From the NCBI GenBank assembly GCA_016715625.1, contig JADJZU010000007.1, positions 13,237 to 77,236 of the forward strand: a stretch of DNA of 64,000 nucleotides, given 5' to 3'. Position 1 is the first letter of the stretch. Each line of letters starts with the position of its first letter. Origin of the DNA: Bacteroidota bacterium (lineage in GTDB: Bacteria > Bacteroidota > Bacteroidia > Chitinophagales > LD1). Below, in pieces: positions 19,216-28,551 of the stretch. Position numbers and translations under genes: made by a program. A model generated the notes under the pieces. It saw nothing but the letters and a program-made list of their open reading frames with translations. It was not told the origin of the DNA and did no database searches.

Positions 19216-20208
19216 ATGTTACGAATGAAAAAGCTTTTAATTCTTGGCGGTACCAATTTTATCGGGAGAGTAGTGGTGGAACAGTTGCTCTTAGCTGATG
19301 CGTATGATATAACACTGTTTAATCGCGGTAAACGCAATGCAACATTATTCCCCACTGTAAAACGTATTGTCGGTGATCGAGAAACAGATGATCATTTAAA
19401 GATTGCAGACTCCACTTGGGATTGTATCATCGACTTTTCGGGCTATTACCCTCAGTCATTTGATAAAATGCTGAACGCACTTCGTGACAAGGTGAAACGC
19501 TACATTTTTGTTTCCACCTTGTCGGTCTACGATATGGCTGCATTGGAAGGTTCAATCATCGATGAAACAACTGATATATTGACTTGTTCTAATGAACAGC
19601 AAACTTCGCCTTTGCCGGATGCTTACGGAGAAAAAAAGGCAGAGATGGAACGAGTATTAAATCGTCAAGCATGGTTAGATAGCATTATTATACGTCCAAG
19701 TTTTGTTTATGGTAAGTATGACTTTACGGACCGATTTTATCATTGGCTATGGAGAGGTAAAAAGCAGCACAACGTATTGTTGCCCGATTCTACATTGCAT
19801 GATTTCCCAATTACAGAAGTTAACCAGCTTTCGCAGGGGATATTAAATGCCATAGAGGTAGCTGAGCATAGCGGTATTTATAATGCGGTTACCTTTTCTG
19901 ATGTCACTATTCGAAAGATTGTGGAATCGGCAAAACCTGAAGGGTCGACTATCGTTTATTCTATCGCAAATGAAGTATTTTTAAAGCAGCATGGTGTTGG
20001 TCAGGAACAATTTCCGCTTTACATGCCCTTATCGGTAAAAGTCGATAATTCAAAGTGGTTAGCTGATTTTAGATTACAAACTCCCTCTACTTTGTTAAAC
20101 GAACAGACAGAAAAGTATTATGCCGATTTAAACTGGCCGGAACCTAAGGCTGGTATTTCCTTAGAGCGAGAAAGGAAATTGCTGGTGCATTTGAATGCTC
20201 CTGTATAA
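19216..20208 (+). CDS. NAD-dependent epimerase/dehydratase family (extended SDR) protein
   Basis: The N-terminal Rossmann motif is LILGGTNFIGR. The product is 330 aa. The start could be the second Met at 19225. Confidence 0.7.
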   Translation: MLRMKKLLILGGTNFIGRVVVEQLLLADAYDITLFNRGKRNATLFPTVKRIVGDRETDDHLKIADSTWDCIIDFSGYYPQSFDKMLNALRDKVKRYIFVSTLSVYDMAALEGSIIDETTDILTCSNEQQTSPLPDAYGEKKAEMERVLNRQAWLDSIIIRPSFVYGKYDFTDRFYHWLWRGKKQHNVLLPDSTLHDFPITEVNQLSQGILNAIEVAEHSGIYNAVTFSDVTIRKIVESAKPEGSTIVYSIANEVFLKQHGVGQEQFPLYMPLSVKVDNSKWLADFRLQTPSTLLNEQTEKYYADLNWPEPKAGISLERERKLLVHLNAPV

Positions 20209-20219
20209 AGATGAAAGAG

Positions 20220-20756
20220 TTAGAACAATTCCCGGCACTCAGCTTTTAAAAATTCTAAGGCCTGCTCGGTAGGTAAGGGGGTGTTGGCATGCTGAATGCC
20301 CGAGAATATGGCGTTGACCAACATACCGGCACTGGCTCCTTCGGGTAGATTGGCTGCAATTAAATTTACGGTCTTAATCATTTCTTCTTTCGATTGCACA
20401 ATTAAGTTCCAGGCATTACTGCTTACATAAATCTGCTGCGATAAATTATACTCAAACTCATCGCGCATATTTTGAGTAATGGCATAGTGCAAATGAGTTG
20501 CCTGCATTTCAGGTGTGCGAACGCGGTCAATAACCATCGAAAAATGAATGCGCTCCAGAAAGAGCGACAGGCGTTCATAGGCTTGTAACCGGAGCATGAT
20601 AATTTCCTTATCTCGCTTCATCTTTAACTCAATCATCTTTTCAGCAGCATCTTTTTGCATGTATCGGGTGAGCAAAAAATAAGCGGTTAGAAATACAGTA
20701 AGCGCAGGAAGAGTGTATTTGACTATTTCCAATAATTGCAAAGTGAGAGTTTCCAT
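20220..20756 (-). CDS. Hypothetical membrane-anchored protein
   Basis: The 178-aa ORF has one N-terminal TM helix (YTLPALTVFLTAYFLL). I recognised no family. Confidence 0.45.
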   Translation of the reverse strand: METLTLQLLEIVKYTLPALTVFLTAYFLLTRYMQKDAAEKMIELKMKRDKEIIMLRLQAYERLSLFLERIHFSMVIDRVRTPEMQATHLHYAITQNMRDEFEYNLSQQIYVSSNAWNLIVQSKEEMIKTVNLIAANLPEGASAGMLVNAIFSGIQHANTPLPTEQALEFLKAECRELF

Positions 20757-20805
20757 ATTACTATTTATATAACGCTGCGATGATAAGAATTAGTGTGTGG
20801 AGGCA

Positions 20806-21348
20806 TTAGAACCGCTCCTCCTCAATCTTTACCTTTAGTTTTTCGAGGTAGTAGACCTTGGTATTATCTTTTTTGTCCTTCGCTTTTGCAATCTCTACAT
20901 TCAGTTGCCCCATATATTTCTGTTTCAGCGACCTTCCGTCAATAATCATGTTCATAGTAGCGATTAACTCCTTTTCTAAGGCTTGCAGCAAACCCTTAGA
21001 GAGATACAATTCGTTGAGAAAACCACTGAAGTCGGATTCGCAAAAGCGCTTGATAATATCCGTATAAAGATCTTCTACCTTGCTGTCGCCATACACACGT
21101 ATATAATTGAGCGCCTCCAGATATTTTTTGTTTTTTGAATGTGTATAGTGAATGGCTACACTGTCTAATAGTGTTTGGCGACAATCGAACGTGTCGATAA
21201 ATATTTTTTGCGTATTTCTTTTTATGAACTCCAGATTCTTATCGATGCTATCCATCAAAAAACACGGATGGTATACCGGTTTGGCAGTTTGAGAATACCC
21301 TCCCAATAGCCAGCAGTTAAACACAAAAATCAACATCCACTTTTGCAT
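20806..21348 (-). CDS. Hypothetical secreted protein
   Basis: The 180-aa ORF has an N-terminal signal-like segment, MQKWMLIFVFNCWLLGGYSQ. Confidence 0.45.
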   Translation of the reverse strand: MQKWMLIFVFNCWLLGGYSQTAKPVYHPCFLMDSIDKNLEFIKRNTQKIFIDTFDCRQTLLDSVAIHYTHSKNKKYLEALNYIRVYGDSKVEDLYTDIIKRFCESDFSGFLNELYLSKGLLQALEKELIATMNMIIDGRSLKQKYMGQLNVEIAKAKDKKDNTKVYYLEKLKVKIEEERF

Positions 21349-21373
21349 GGTTCTAAATTATCAGAAACTCGGG

Positions 21374-21408
21374 CATAAAAAAAGGAGAGCATTTTCAATG
21401 CTCTCCTT
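21374..21408 (-). terminator. Rho-independent terminator downstream of the DUF4476 gene
   Basis: On the minus strand, AAGGAGAGCATT pairs with AATGCTCTCCTT as a 12-bp stem (plus-strand coordinates 21382-21408). It is followed by a T-run (plus-strand A-run 21377-21383). Confidence 0.7.
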
Positions 21409-21426
21409 CATTTTTATTGAATTCAA

Positions 21427-22378
21427 TTATTGTCTTCCCTGAACGTAATCGTTCAGTTCATCGCTGCTGCTGCTAAATCCAAAAACGTTGTTCACGTTAA
21501 AGTAGTTTCTGGGTTCTGTGCAACGATCGTAGGCAAATTTTGCGAAGTCTAACTTGGTTTCTTCAAATCCAAAAATTTGGCAAATCTGTGTAATCTGTGA
21601 TACACTCAGGCAATTAGCGGATGCCACCTGTTTGGCTGTTTTTAGTTGCGTGTCGCTGAATCCTTGTTTTTTGATAGTGGCGAGTGCATTTGAGAAGTCG
21701 GATGAACTCATGGCGTATGCGTTAGCGCAGCCTACCGGTTGGCGTGGGGGTTCTACAACTGCTGTGCTGTTTACAGTGGTAGTTCTGGAAGTGGTAGTAT
21801 TGGTTTGAACCTCGCCATTCAATAATGGGTCGTTGATAGTAACGTTCATTCCTATACCACCAACGTTTACGCTAGCCCCTACACCACCCACATTACTGGT
21901 GGTGGTAGTCGTTGTTGTTTGCGTAACTACGGGAGTAGTAGTGGTAACCACTGTAGTGGGTTGCACCACCGGGTTTCCAAAGTGAACAACCGCTACGTTG
22001 CTTGGAGCCACAAAGCCTTGCTGCACCGGAATAGCAGAGTAATATCTCAAAGCCATTTTGCCGTTGTTTTTATCGCGCTTCAGCTTGTAGGTTACATCCG
22101 ATAGCCTTCCGTCTACATCCGCAATCTGTATGTTTTTTCGAAATATCGGCCAGGCTCTTGTCTTCAAAAATGATTTTTGCGCTGTAGTAAGGTTGAGGCA
22201 AATCTTCTACCCGAAGGTTTGTCTGTGCCACATTGTTTTGGCGCTCACCATTTAGGATCAGGAAAAATTTGTCGCCATCTTCAGAGAAAATGGTCAGGTG
22301 GCCCACCGGTTGAGGTTGTGCGATTGCAGTTACTGTAAAAAGTAAAAGTGCAAAGGGGAGAGTTAGTTTTTTGTTCAT
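21427..22378 (-). pseudogene. DUF4476 domain protein interrupted by a single frameshift
   Basis: The upstream part, MNKKLTLPFALLLF...AKIIFEDKSLADISKK (track ORF 22070..22477, real start ATG at 22378), continues in another frame as NIQIADVDGRLSDVTYKLK... (track ORF 21427..22167). The C-terminal SDFSNALATIKKQGFSDTQLKTAKQ...FGFEETKLDFAKFAYDRC region is DUF4476-like. The frame switch maps to a six-base homopolymer at 22133-22138. Confidence 0.7.
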
Positions 22379-22505
22379 GTGATAAATTTTTGGTAAGCTA
22401 ATTCCAATCCTAATGCCAAATGAAGAACATAAATTGGATTTAGAAAATTTTAAGATATGGGATAAACTTTGAAACAATTCGAAGCGTCCAAAAGTTCTGA
22501 TTTAT

Positions 22506-23162
22506 TTAGTTGTCCTCAGGTGAACTCTCCGGAGGCAAGTCAGAAACCACTTCCGACACTTCACCAATGGTATTGGCATCTTGCGGAGGCAGAATGTCTT
22601 TTAGTTTTGGTAGTTCATCGGTGCTATTAATGCCGAAGTAATCCAAAAAGTTGGTAGTTACCCGGTAAACAATCGGCTTCCCTACTGCAGTTTCCAATCG
22701 TCCGGCTACTTCTATCAATTCTTTTTCCAGCAGTTTTTCAATGGAGTAGTCGCAGTTGACCCCGCGTATTTTTTCGCACTCTACTTTGGTGATGGGACCT
22801 CTGTAGGCAATAATAGATAGCGTTTCCAAGGCAGCGGTGCTTAAACGTTTTTTCTCTTTTTGACCAATGAGAGCGGCAACCGTATTGTAGTAAGCTGCTT
22901 TGGTAAAAAACTGATAACCACCTCCAATAACGCGCAACTCGAAAGCATAAATATCACTGCTGAATTTATCCTGAATGTCACCCAGCATTTGCTCCACCAG
23001 CTTTTCATCAAGCACGGTACCCGGAAATGCTTTCTCCATCACCTCCACAATGTCGTCAATGGTAACAGCACTTTCGCTGCTGAACACAAGAGCTTCAATA
23101 TGTTGGTGTATGTTTTCCAATTTGGGGATGATATTATCCTTTGTCTTCCAGAGCTGCAGCAC
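22506..23162 (-). CDS. scpB: Segregation and condensation protein B
   Basis: The product contains HIEALVFSSESAVTIDDI and two winged-helix repeats (LSTAALETLSIIAYRGPITKVECEKIRGV). The GTG start at 23162 overlaps atpG by 29 bp. A TTG at 23120 would avoid that overlap, so the start is uncertain. Confidence 0.8.
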   Translation of the reverse strand: MLQLWKTKDNIIPKLENIHQHIEALVFSSESAVTIDDIVEVMEKAFPGTVLDEKLVEQMLGDIQDKFSSDIYAFELRVIGGGYQFFTKAAYYNTVAALIGQKEKKRLSTAALETLSIIAYRGPITKVECEKIRGVNCDYSIEKLLEKELIEVAGRLETAVGKPIVYRVTTNFLDYFGINSTDELPKLKDILPPQDANTIGEVSEVVSDLPPESSPEDN

Positions 23163-24024
23163 CGCCTACGATTTCAAGAATTTCTTTGGTAATAGCCGCC
23201 TGACGTTCCCGATTGTAAACAATTTTCAGGCTGCGAATCAAGTCGTTTGCATTATTAGTAGCACTTTCCATTGCCACCATTCTTGCACCATGCTCCGATG
23301 CATTGGTATCCAATAGCGCTTTGTAAAACTGTGTATTCAGGATTTTTGGAACGAGTTCTTCCAATAACAGCTCCTTATTCGGTTCAAAAATGTAATCCGC
23401 TTTTGTCTTCGATGTTTTGCTATCAGCGGATGGTTCTACCGGCAAAAAGCGTTCTACCGAATATAACTGTGTAGCTGCGTTTTTGAATTTGGCATACACC
23501 AACTCAATCACATCATATTTTGCATCGGCAAAGGCGTTCATCAACGATTGTGAAACAGCCTGAGATTTATCAAAACTTAAACCGGCCATCAGGCTAATGT
23601 GGTCGTTAATAAAGCGGAGTTCTGTATCTTTCTTGAAGAAGTCGTATCCCTTTTTGCCAACGCACAGCAAGGTTACGTTACCGGCTTTCTTTTGCGCAGC
23701 ATAATTTTCTGTAATCAGTTTGCGTGCCGCTTTAATAATGTTGGAGTTAAAACCACCACAAAGTCCTTTATCGGAGGTTAACACAACAATTAAAACATTC
23801 TTCTCTTCGCGCTTTTTGCTAAACGTAGCCCCTGCCTCTCCTTCCATGCTGCTGAGCAAATTGCTGAGGATTTCGTTCAGTTTTTCTGAGTAAGGGCGCA
23901 TTTGCAGAATACGATCTTGTGCACGCTTCAGTTTACTGGCGGCTACCAGTTTCATGGCTTTGGTAATTTGCTGTGTGGTATTTACAGAGCCAATTCGAAT
24001 TCTGATTTCTTTAAGGTTTGCCAT
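23134..24024 (-). CDS. atpG: F0F1 ATP synthase gamma subunit
   Basis: The N-terminus reads MANLKEIRIRIGSVNTTQQITKAMKLVAASKLKRAQ and the C-terminus carries ITKEILEIVGGAAAL. I set the start at the internal ATG at 24024. Confidence 0.9.
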   Translation of the reverse strand: MANLKEIRIRIGSVNTTQQITKAMKLVAASKLKRAQDRILQMRPYSEKLNEILSNLLSSMEGEAGATFSKKREEKNVLIVVLTSDKGLCGGFNSNIIKAARKLITENYAAQKKAGNVTLLCVGKKGYDFFKKDTELRFINDHISLMAGLSFDKSQAVSQSLMNAFADAKYDVIELVYAKFKNAATQLYSVERFLPVEPSADSKTSKTKADYIFEPNKELLLEELVPKILNTQFYKALLDTNASEHGARMVAMESATNNANDLIRSLKIVYNRERQAAITKEILEIVGGAAALEDKG

Positions 24025-24188
24025 TGGGTTAAGCTGTTTTGGATGCTTGAATTGCACACAATTTGTTGCAATTTAAAGCGGGCGCAAATGTAGAAGAAAA
24101 GGGTTCATAGGCAAGTGCATGGTGATACACGTAATTTAATGGCGATGCAAGCCATTATTTTAACCGGATTTAATGCCGACTAGTCCGA

Positions 24189-25082
24189 TTATCGGTTAAT
24201 AATCAGGTATTTGCTGTAATTGCGTCCGTTTGCCAGTTGCAGCGTATAAAAATACGTTCCATCGGGTAGCGCTTTCCCCGAATCGTTGGCAGTACCATCC
24301 CATTCATTTTTGTAGTCTTCATTGTCGTAAACCAGGGTTCCGTATCGGTTGAGCACTTTCAGTTTTGCCGGTCCAAAATAGTCAATGCCTTTAAAAACCA
24401 GCTTGTCGTTTATTCCATCGCCATCGGGAGAAAAGCCTTCGGGCAGAAAGACCGCTTCCGGACACACGATATGAATGGTTATTTGAAAAGTATCGCACAG
24501 CGTGGCATCACAGAGTGTGTATAGAAACGTTTTGCTTCCGCAGGCTAACCCCGACCTTATGAAAATTAAACTCAAATCTTGCGGGAGCAAATTACCAAGT
24601 GGGTTAGCTGAATCGGTATTAAGGATGCTGCCAATGAAAATGGAATCGCCATCGGCATCCGATGCGCCAATGTCGATAAGTGCTGCCGAAAGAGTGTCGC
24701 CAAAGTAGGCTTCGTTCAGCGAGGCGGTGGGAGCCGTGTTGCTGCCATCCACTACAATAAAAACAAATGCCGAATCACAGTCGTTGGTGCCTGTTTGGCA
24801 TAGCAAATAGTTCAACGTATCATTCCCGGTGAAACCATTCGTGGGCGAATAGGATATCAAATTAAAGTTGAGTAAAGCGGTGCCATGCATTGGAACCGAA
24901 AGCAAACTGACCGTGAGCGAATCGCCATCGGCATCAAAATCATTGCTGGTAACGGGCAGGAGGGTCGTCTGATTTTTCTGAACCGTAAAATAGTCATCAT
25001 TGGCCACGGGACTATTCTGCGCGGCACATAAATTTGAAGCCAACAGAATAGAGATGACAATAAAGGTCGACAGTAGCCTCAT
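24189..25082 (-). CDS. Surface protein with a T9SS type-B (CHU_C / gliding-motility C-terminal) sorting domain
   Basis: The product has a signal peptide and cadherin/VCBS-like ANDDYFTV...SNDFDADGDSLTV segments. The C-terminal part reads FSPDGDGINDKLVFKGIDYF...LKVLNRYGTLVY...WDGT...LPDGTYFY. Confidence 0.8.
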   Translation of the reverse strand: MRLLSTFIVISILLASNLCAAQNSPVANDDYFTVQKNQTTLLPVTSNDFDADGDSLTVSLLSVPMHGTALLNFNLISYSPTNGFTGNDTLNYLLCQTGTNDCDSAFVFIVVDGSNTAPTASLNEAYFGDTLSAALIDIGASDADGDSIFIGSILNTDSANPLGNLLPQDLSLIFIRSGLACGSKTFLYTLCDATLCDTFQITIHIVCPEAVFLPEGFSPDGDGINDKLVFKGIDYFGPAKLKVLNRYGTLVYDNEDYKNEWDGTANDSGKALPDGTYFYTLQLANGRNYSKYLIINR

Positions 25083-25088
25083 GCCCGG

Positions 25089-26135
25089 TTAGTTTTTAAG
25101 AAAAGATTCTGCTTTGTCCACCAGATTTTTGCTGCCAATAAATATGGCACTTCTCTCGTGAACTTCTCCCGGCTGCAAATCCAGAATGCGCTGTTTGCCA
25201 TCGGTTGATTTTCCTCCTGCATTTTCTATCAGAGAACTCATGGGAGTGCACTCATACAACAACCGCAATTTGCCCTTGGCTTCTCCTTTGCTTGCAGGGT
25301 AAATAAATATACCGCCTTTGAGAAAGTTTCTGTGTAAATCGGCCACCATAGAGCCAATGTAGCGTAGCGAATAAGGCCGGGAGGTTTCTTTGTCGGTGGC
25401 TGAGCAGTAATTCAAAAAGTTTTTGATGGAATCGTCAAACTTTTCGATGTTGCCCTGATTGATAGAATAAATTTTACCTTTTTCGGGCACTCTTATGTTA
25501 GCATGAGACAGGTAAAATTCGCTGTCGGATGTATTGAGTGTGAAGCCGTGCAGTCCGTTGCCTGTGCTGAACATAAGTATGGTGGAACTGCCATATATTA
25601 CATAGCCTGCACAGATGGTTTTATCACCTTTCTGCAGGAAGTCTGCGGGAGTAACATCCCCCTGCTTGGATAGTCTGTTCACTACATTAAAAATAGTACC
25701 GATAGGAGCTACCACATCGATATTGGAGGACCCATCCAGCGGGTCGATGCTTACAATGTGCTTGCCCGTAGGGCAAAGGGTAACGATGTCGTCATTTTCT
25801 TCCGATAAATAGCCTGCACAAATCTCTGTTTGGGTCAGGTAATCCATCAGGATTTGGTTCGATAAGTCATCCAGCTTTTGTTGACTTTCGCCCTGCACAT
25901 TGGTAGTTCCGGTTACACCGAGTATATCGCTAAGGCCTGCATTATTCACCATTCTGCCTATCACCGTGCAGGCGCGCGCCAGTGCCATTAATGTTTTTGA
26001 AATATCGGTCGTGGTGTGTTCCCGTAAAAAATCTTCGAGTCGGGTGCCGGCTACCATGGTTGCTGCTGAGTTCATCGGTCCAAATATAATTAGTGGCAGC
26101 AGTTTAGCATGGCTGAACTGCAAACTTCCTGCCAC
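25089..26135 (-). CDS. fbp: Class 1 fructose-1,6-bisphosphatase
   Basis: The product contains DPLDGSSNIDV, GSSTILMFS and LRLLYECTPMSSLIENAGG. The true start may be the internal Met at 26075. Confidence 0.9.
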   Translation of the reverse strand: MAGSLQFSHAKLLPLIIFGPMNSAATMVAGTRLEDFLREHTTTDISKTLMALARACTVIGRMVNNAGLSDILGVTGTTNVQGESQQKLDDLSNQILMDYLTQTEICAGYLSEENDDIVTLCPTGKHIVSIDPLDGSSNIDVVAPIGTIFNVVNRLSKQGDVTPADFLQKGDKTICAGYVIYGSSTILMFSTGNGLHGFTLNTSDSEFYLSHANIRVPEKGKIYSINQGNIEKFDDSIKNFLNYCSATDKETSRPYSLRYIGSMVADLHRNFLKGGIFIYPASKGEAKGKLRLLYECTPMSSLIENAGGKSTDGKQRILDLQPGEVHERSAIFIGSKNLVDKAESFLKN

Positions 26136-26178
26136 CGCAAGGGGTTTGGAACCTCCGCACTTCGTTTACATTCGGCCT

Positions 26179-26601
26179 ATGAAAACAAAAGTTGCCGGAC
26201 TTATTTTGTGCCTGATTGTCATTTTATATTCCTGCCAACCCAAAACGGCTGAGCAGGCAACACCCGCACCCACCCTGGTTTTTCGGTTTGAAGTGGACTC
26301 TGCCGGAAATATTGTGGAGGAGGATGTAAAATCACAATTAAAAGAATTGGCCGTGCGCATTTCTAAAACGGCCGATCGTGTAATGCTGTATAGTTACACA
26401 GAGAAAATGAACTCAGCCGATAGCAGTATGCAAATTGCCTCGCAGCAGGCGTATGCCGCCAAAAACTGGATGTATCAGGCGTCCAAGGAACGTATTTACT
26501 ACAGCGTGGGCATCGCCATTAAGGGTTTTGAAAATCCTGTGGATAGTGCTGCCCCGGAGTCTAAAATCAACCGGAGGATAGAGTTTCAGTTTCTTGAATA
26601 G
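26179..26601 (+). CDS. Small lipoprotein with an OmpA-like C-terminal domain
   Basis: I set the start at the ATG at 26179 (MKTKVAGLILCLIVILYSC, a lipobox-like Cys). The C-terminus ends in NRRIEFQF, which is OmpA_C-like. The track ORF 25900.. is an antisense extension into fbp. Confidence 0.55.
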   Translation: MKTKVAGLILCLIVILYSCQPKTAEQATPAPTLVFRFEVDSAGNIVEEDVKSQLKELAVRISKTADRVMLYSYTEKMNSADSSMQIASQQAYAAKNWMYQASKERIYYSVGIAIKGFENPVDSAAPESKINRRIEFQFLE

Positions 26602-26710
26602 ACCACAAAACAGTGGTGTGATTTTGTGCAGTTACGTTTTGTAAAATGCAGTGCTTTTTGTTTGTTGTATTAATGCTGCGTCTATCTTCGCGCACTTAAT
26701 TCTGGCAGAT

Positions 26711-27196
26711 ATGAGTTTTATTATCAGAAGAGGTACCGAGGCCGATATCAGTGGAATGATGTGTCTTGTGAAAGAGTTGGCCCTATTTGAGCGCGCCCCC
26801 GAAGCGGTGGTTAACACCGAAGCCATGTTGCTGGAAGATGGCTTTGGTAAACATTCCATCTATAAGGTTTTTGTGGCCGAGGATGTAGCTACCAACGACA
26901 TTATTGGCATGGCGCTTTATTACACTGCCTATTCTACCTGGAAAGGCAAGATTTTCTTTTTGGATGATTTAGTAGTAACAGAGCGTTTTAGAAAGTTTGG
27001 TATTGGCAAGCGTCTTTTAGATGAGGTATTGCGCGAAGCCCATGAAGCAGGTGTGGAGCAAATTCGCTGGCAGGTGCTCGATTGGAACGAGCCCGCCATT
27101 GCCTTTTACAAAAAGATTGGGGCGGAGTTGGACCCGGAGTGGATTACCTGTAAAATGAGCAAGGCTGAAATAGCAGCGTATGTTTCAAAACAGTAA
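26711..27196 (+). CDS. GNAT family N-acetyltransferase
   Basis: The product reads MSFIIRRGTEADISGMM...VTERFRKFGIGKRLL...LDWNEPAIAFYKKIGA. This carries the acetyl-CoA-binding R/Q-x-x-G-x-G/A motif. Confidence 0.8.
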   Translation: MSFIIRRGTEADISGMMCLVKELALFERAPEAVVNTEAMLLEDGFGKHSIYKVFVAEDVATNDIIGMALYYTAYSTWKGKIFFLDDLVVTERFRKFGIGKRLLDEVLREAHEAGVEQIRWQVLDWNEPAIAFYKKIGAELDPEWITCKMSKAEIAAYVSKQ

Positions 27197-27221
27197 AAAA
27201 ATCAAGGAGTAAATAAACAAT

Positions 27222-28487
27222 ATGCAGGTCTACAAATTTGGAGGAGCATCCGTAAAAGATGCCGATGCAGTGAAGAATGTAACATCCATTCTGGCACAGA
27301 ATAATTTTAATGAAAAGGTGGTGGTGATTTCTGCGATGGGGAAAACAACCAACGAGTTAGAGCAGGTGATTCAGCAATATTATGCCGGCAAAGAAAGCTG
27401 GCAAGCTGCGCTGCAAGGAGTGCTCGATAAACACCTGTTGATTATTGACCAACTGTATGCCGATGCTGATAAGGCAAAAGCGGTAGATGATGTAAAGCAG
27501 TTGGTAGCGGCCACGGCAAAGTTTCTGAGTGAGAATACGTCCCGGAATTTCAATTACATATACGATCAGGTGGTGTCGTTGGGCGAATATATCTCCACCA
27601 CCATTGTTAGTGATTATGCTAATTCAATTGGTTTAGCCAACACGCTGTTGAACGTAAAAGAGGTGTTGTTTACCGACAATGCTTACACAGAAGGGAAAGT
27701 GGATTTTCCCAAAACAGAAACCGCTATTCGCCACAAAGTGGCGGAGTTAGTAAAGTCGGGCTTTGTAATTACACAAGGATTTGTTGGCTGCACTCCGGAG
27801 GGTTTTGCCACCACCTTGGGTCGCGAGGGCTCCGATTACACCGCCTCTATTTTTGCTTACTCATTGAATGCAGAGCGAATGACCGTTTGGAAAGATGTAG
27901 AAGGAATTATGAATGCCGACCCGAAAGAATTTCCGGATGCTCAGTTTATCAGCGAGCTGACGTTTCACGAGGCCATCGAAATGACTTACTACGGTGCCTC
28001 GGTGATTCACCCCAAAACCATTAAGCCGATACAGAACAAAAACATTCCACTGGAAGTGCGTTCTTTTGTCAATTCCTCTAAGCGAGGCTCGGTGATCAGC
28101 GCCAATGCGAATACGAATTTTCTTCCACCCATTATTATTTGGAAACGCGGACAGGTATTGCTGAGTTTCTCCGCTAAAGATTTTTCGTTTATTGCCGAAG
28201 AACACCTGAGTAAAGTATTTGCCACGTTTGCCGAAAATCGTCTGCGCATCAACATGATGCAGAATGCCGCCATTAGTTTTTCGATAGCGGTTGATTTCAA
28301 AAAAGAAAAGATTGATAATGCCATTGCGCAACTGCAGAATGATTTTTCCATTACCCGCAATGACGGACTCTCGCTATTGACTATACGACATTATAACCAG
28401 GGCATTATTGATAAGTTGACGAAAGAGAAAGATACCCTGCTGCGTCAAATGTCCCGCACCACCATTCAGGTACTTCTGCGCGAGTAA
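27222..28487 (+). CDS. Aspartate kinase (monofunctional)
   Basis: The product has MQVYKFGGASV, a TLGREGSDYTA motif and a C-terminal ACT-like region. It is 421 aa. Confidence 0.85.
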   Translation: MQVYKFGGASVKDADAVKNVTSILAQNNFNEKVVVISAMGKTTNELEQVIQQYYAGKESWQAALQGVLDKHLLIIDQLYADADKAKAVDDVKQLVAATAKFLSENTSRNFNYIYDQVVSLGEYISTTIVSDYANSIGLANTLLNVKEVLFTDNAYTEGKVDFPKTETAIRHKVAELVKSGFVITQGFVGCTPEGFATTLGREGSDYTASIFAYSLNAERMTVWKDVEGIMNADPKEFPDAQFISELTFHEAIEMTYYGASVIHPKTIKPIQNKNIPLEVRSFVNSSKRGSVISANANTNFLPPIIIWKRGQVLLSFSAKDFSFIAEEHLSKVFATFAENRLRINMMQNAAISFSIAVDFKKEKIDNAIAQLQNDFSITRNDGLSLLTIRHYNQGIIDKLTKEKDTLLRQMSRTTIQVLLRE

Positions 28488-28551
28488 GTGACCGAAGTCC
28501 GCATTTGTGTTTTGAGCCGTTTTTCGTGTTTAATTTGCAGCCGTTATTTAT

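Noticed and set aside
24137-24157. The hairpin TAATGGC-N7-GCCATTA between the T9SS type-B gene and atpG, considered as a terminator.
   Set aside because: On the relevant minus strand it is not followed by a T-run. The stem is AT-rich and weak.
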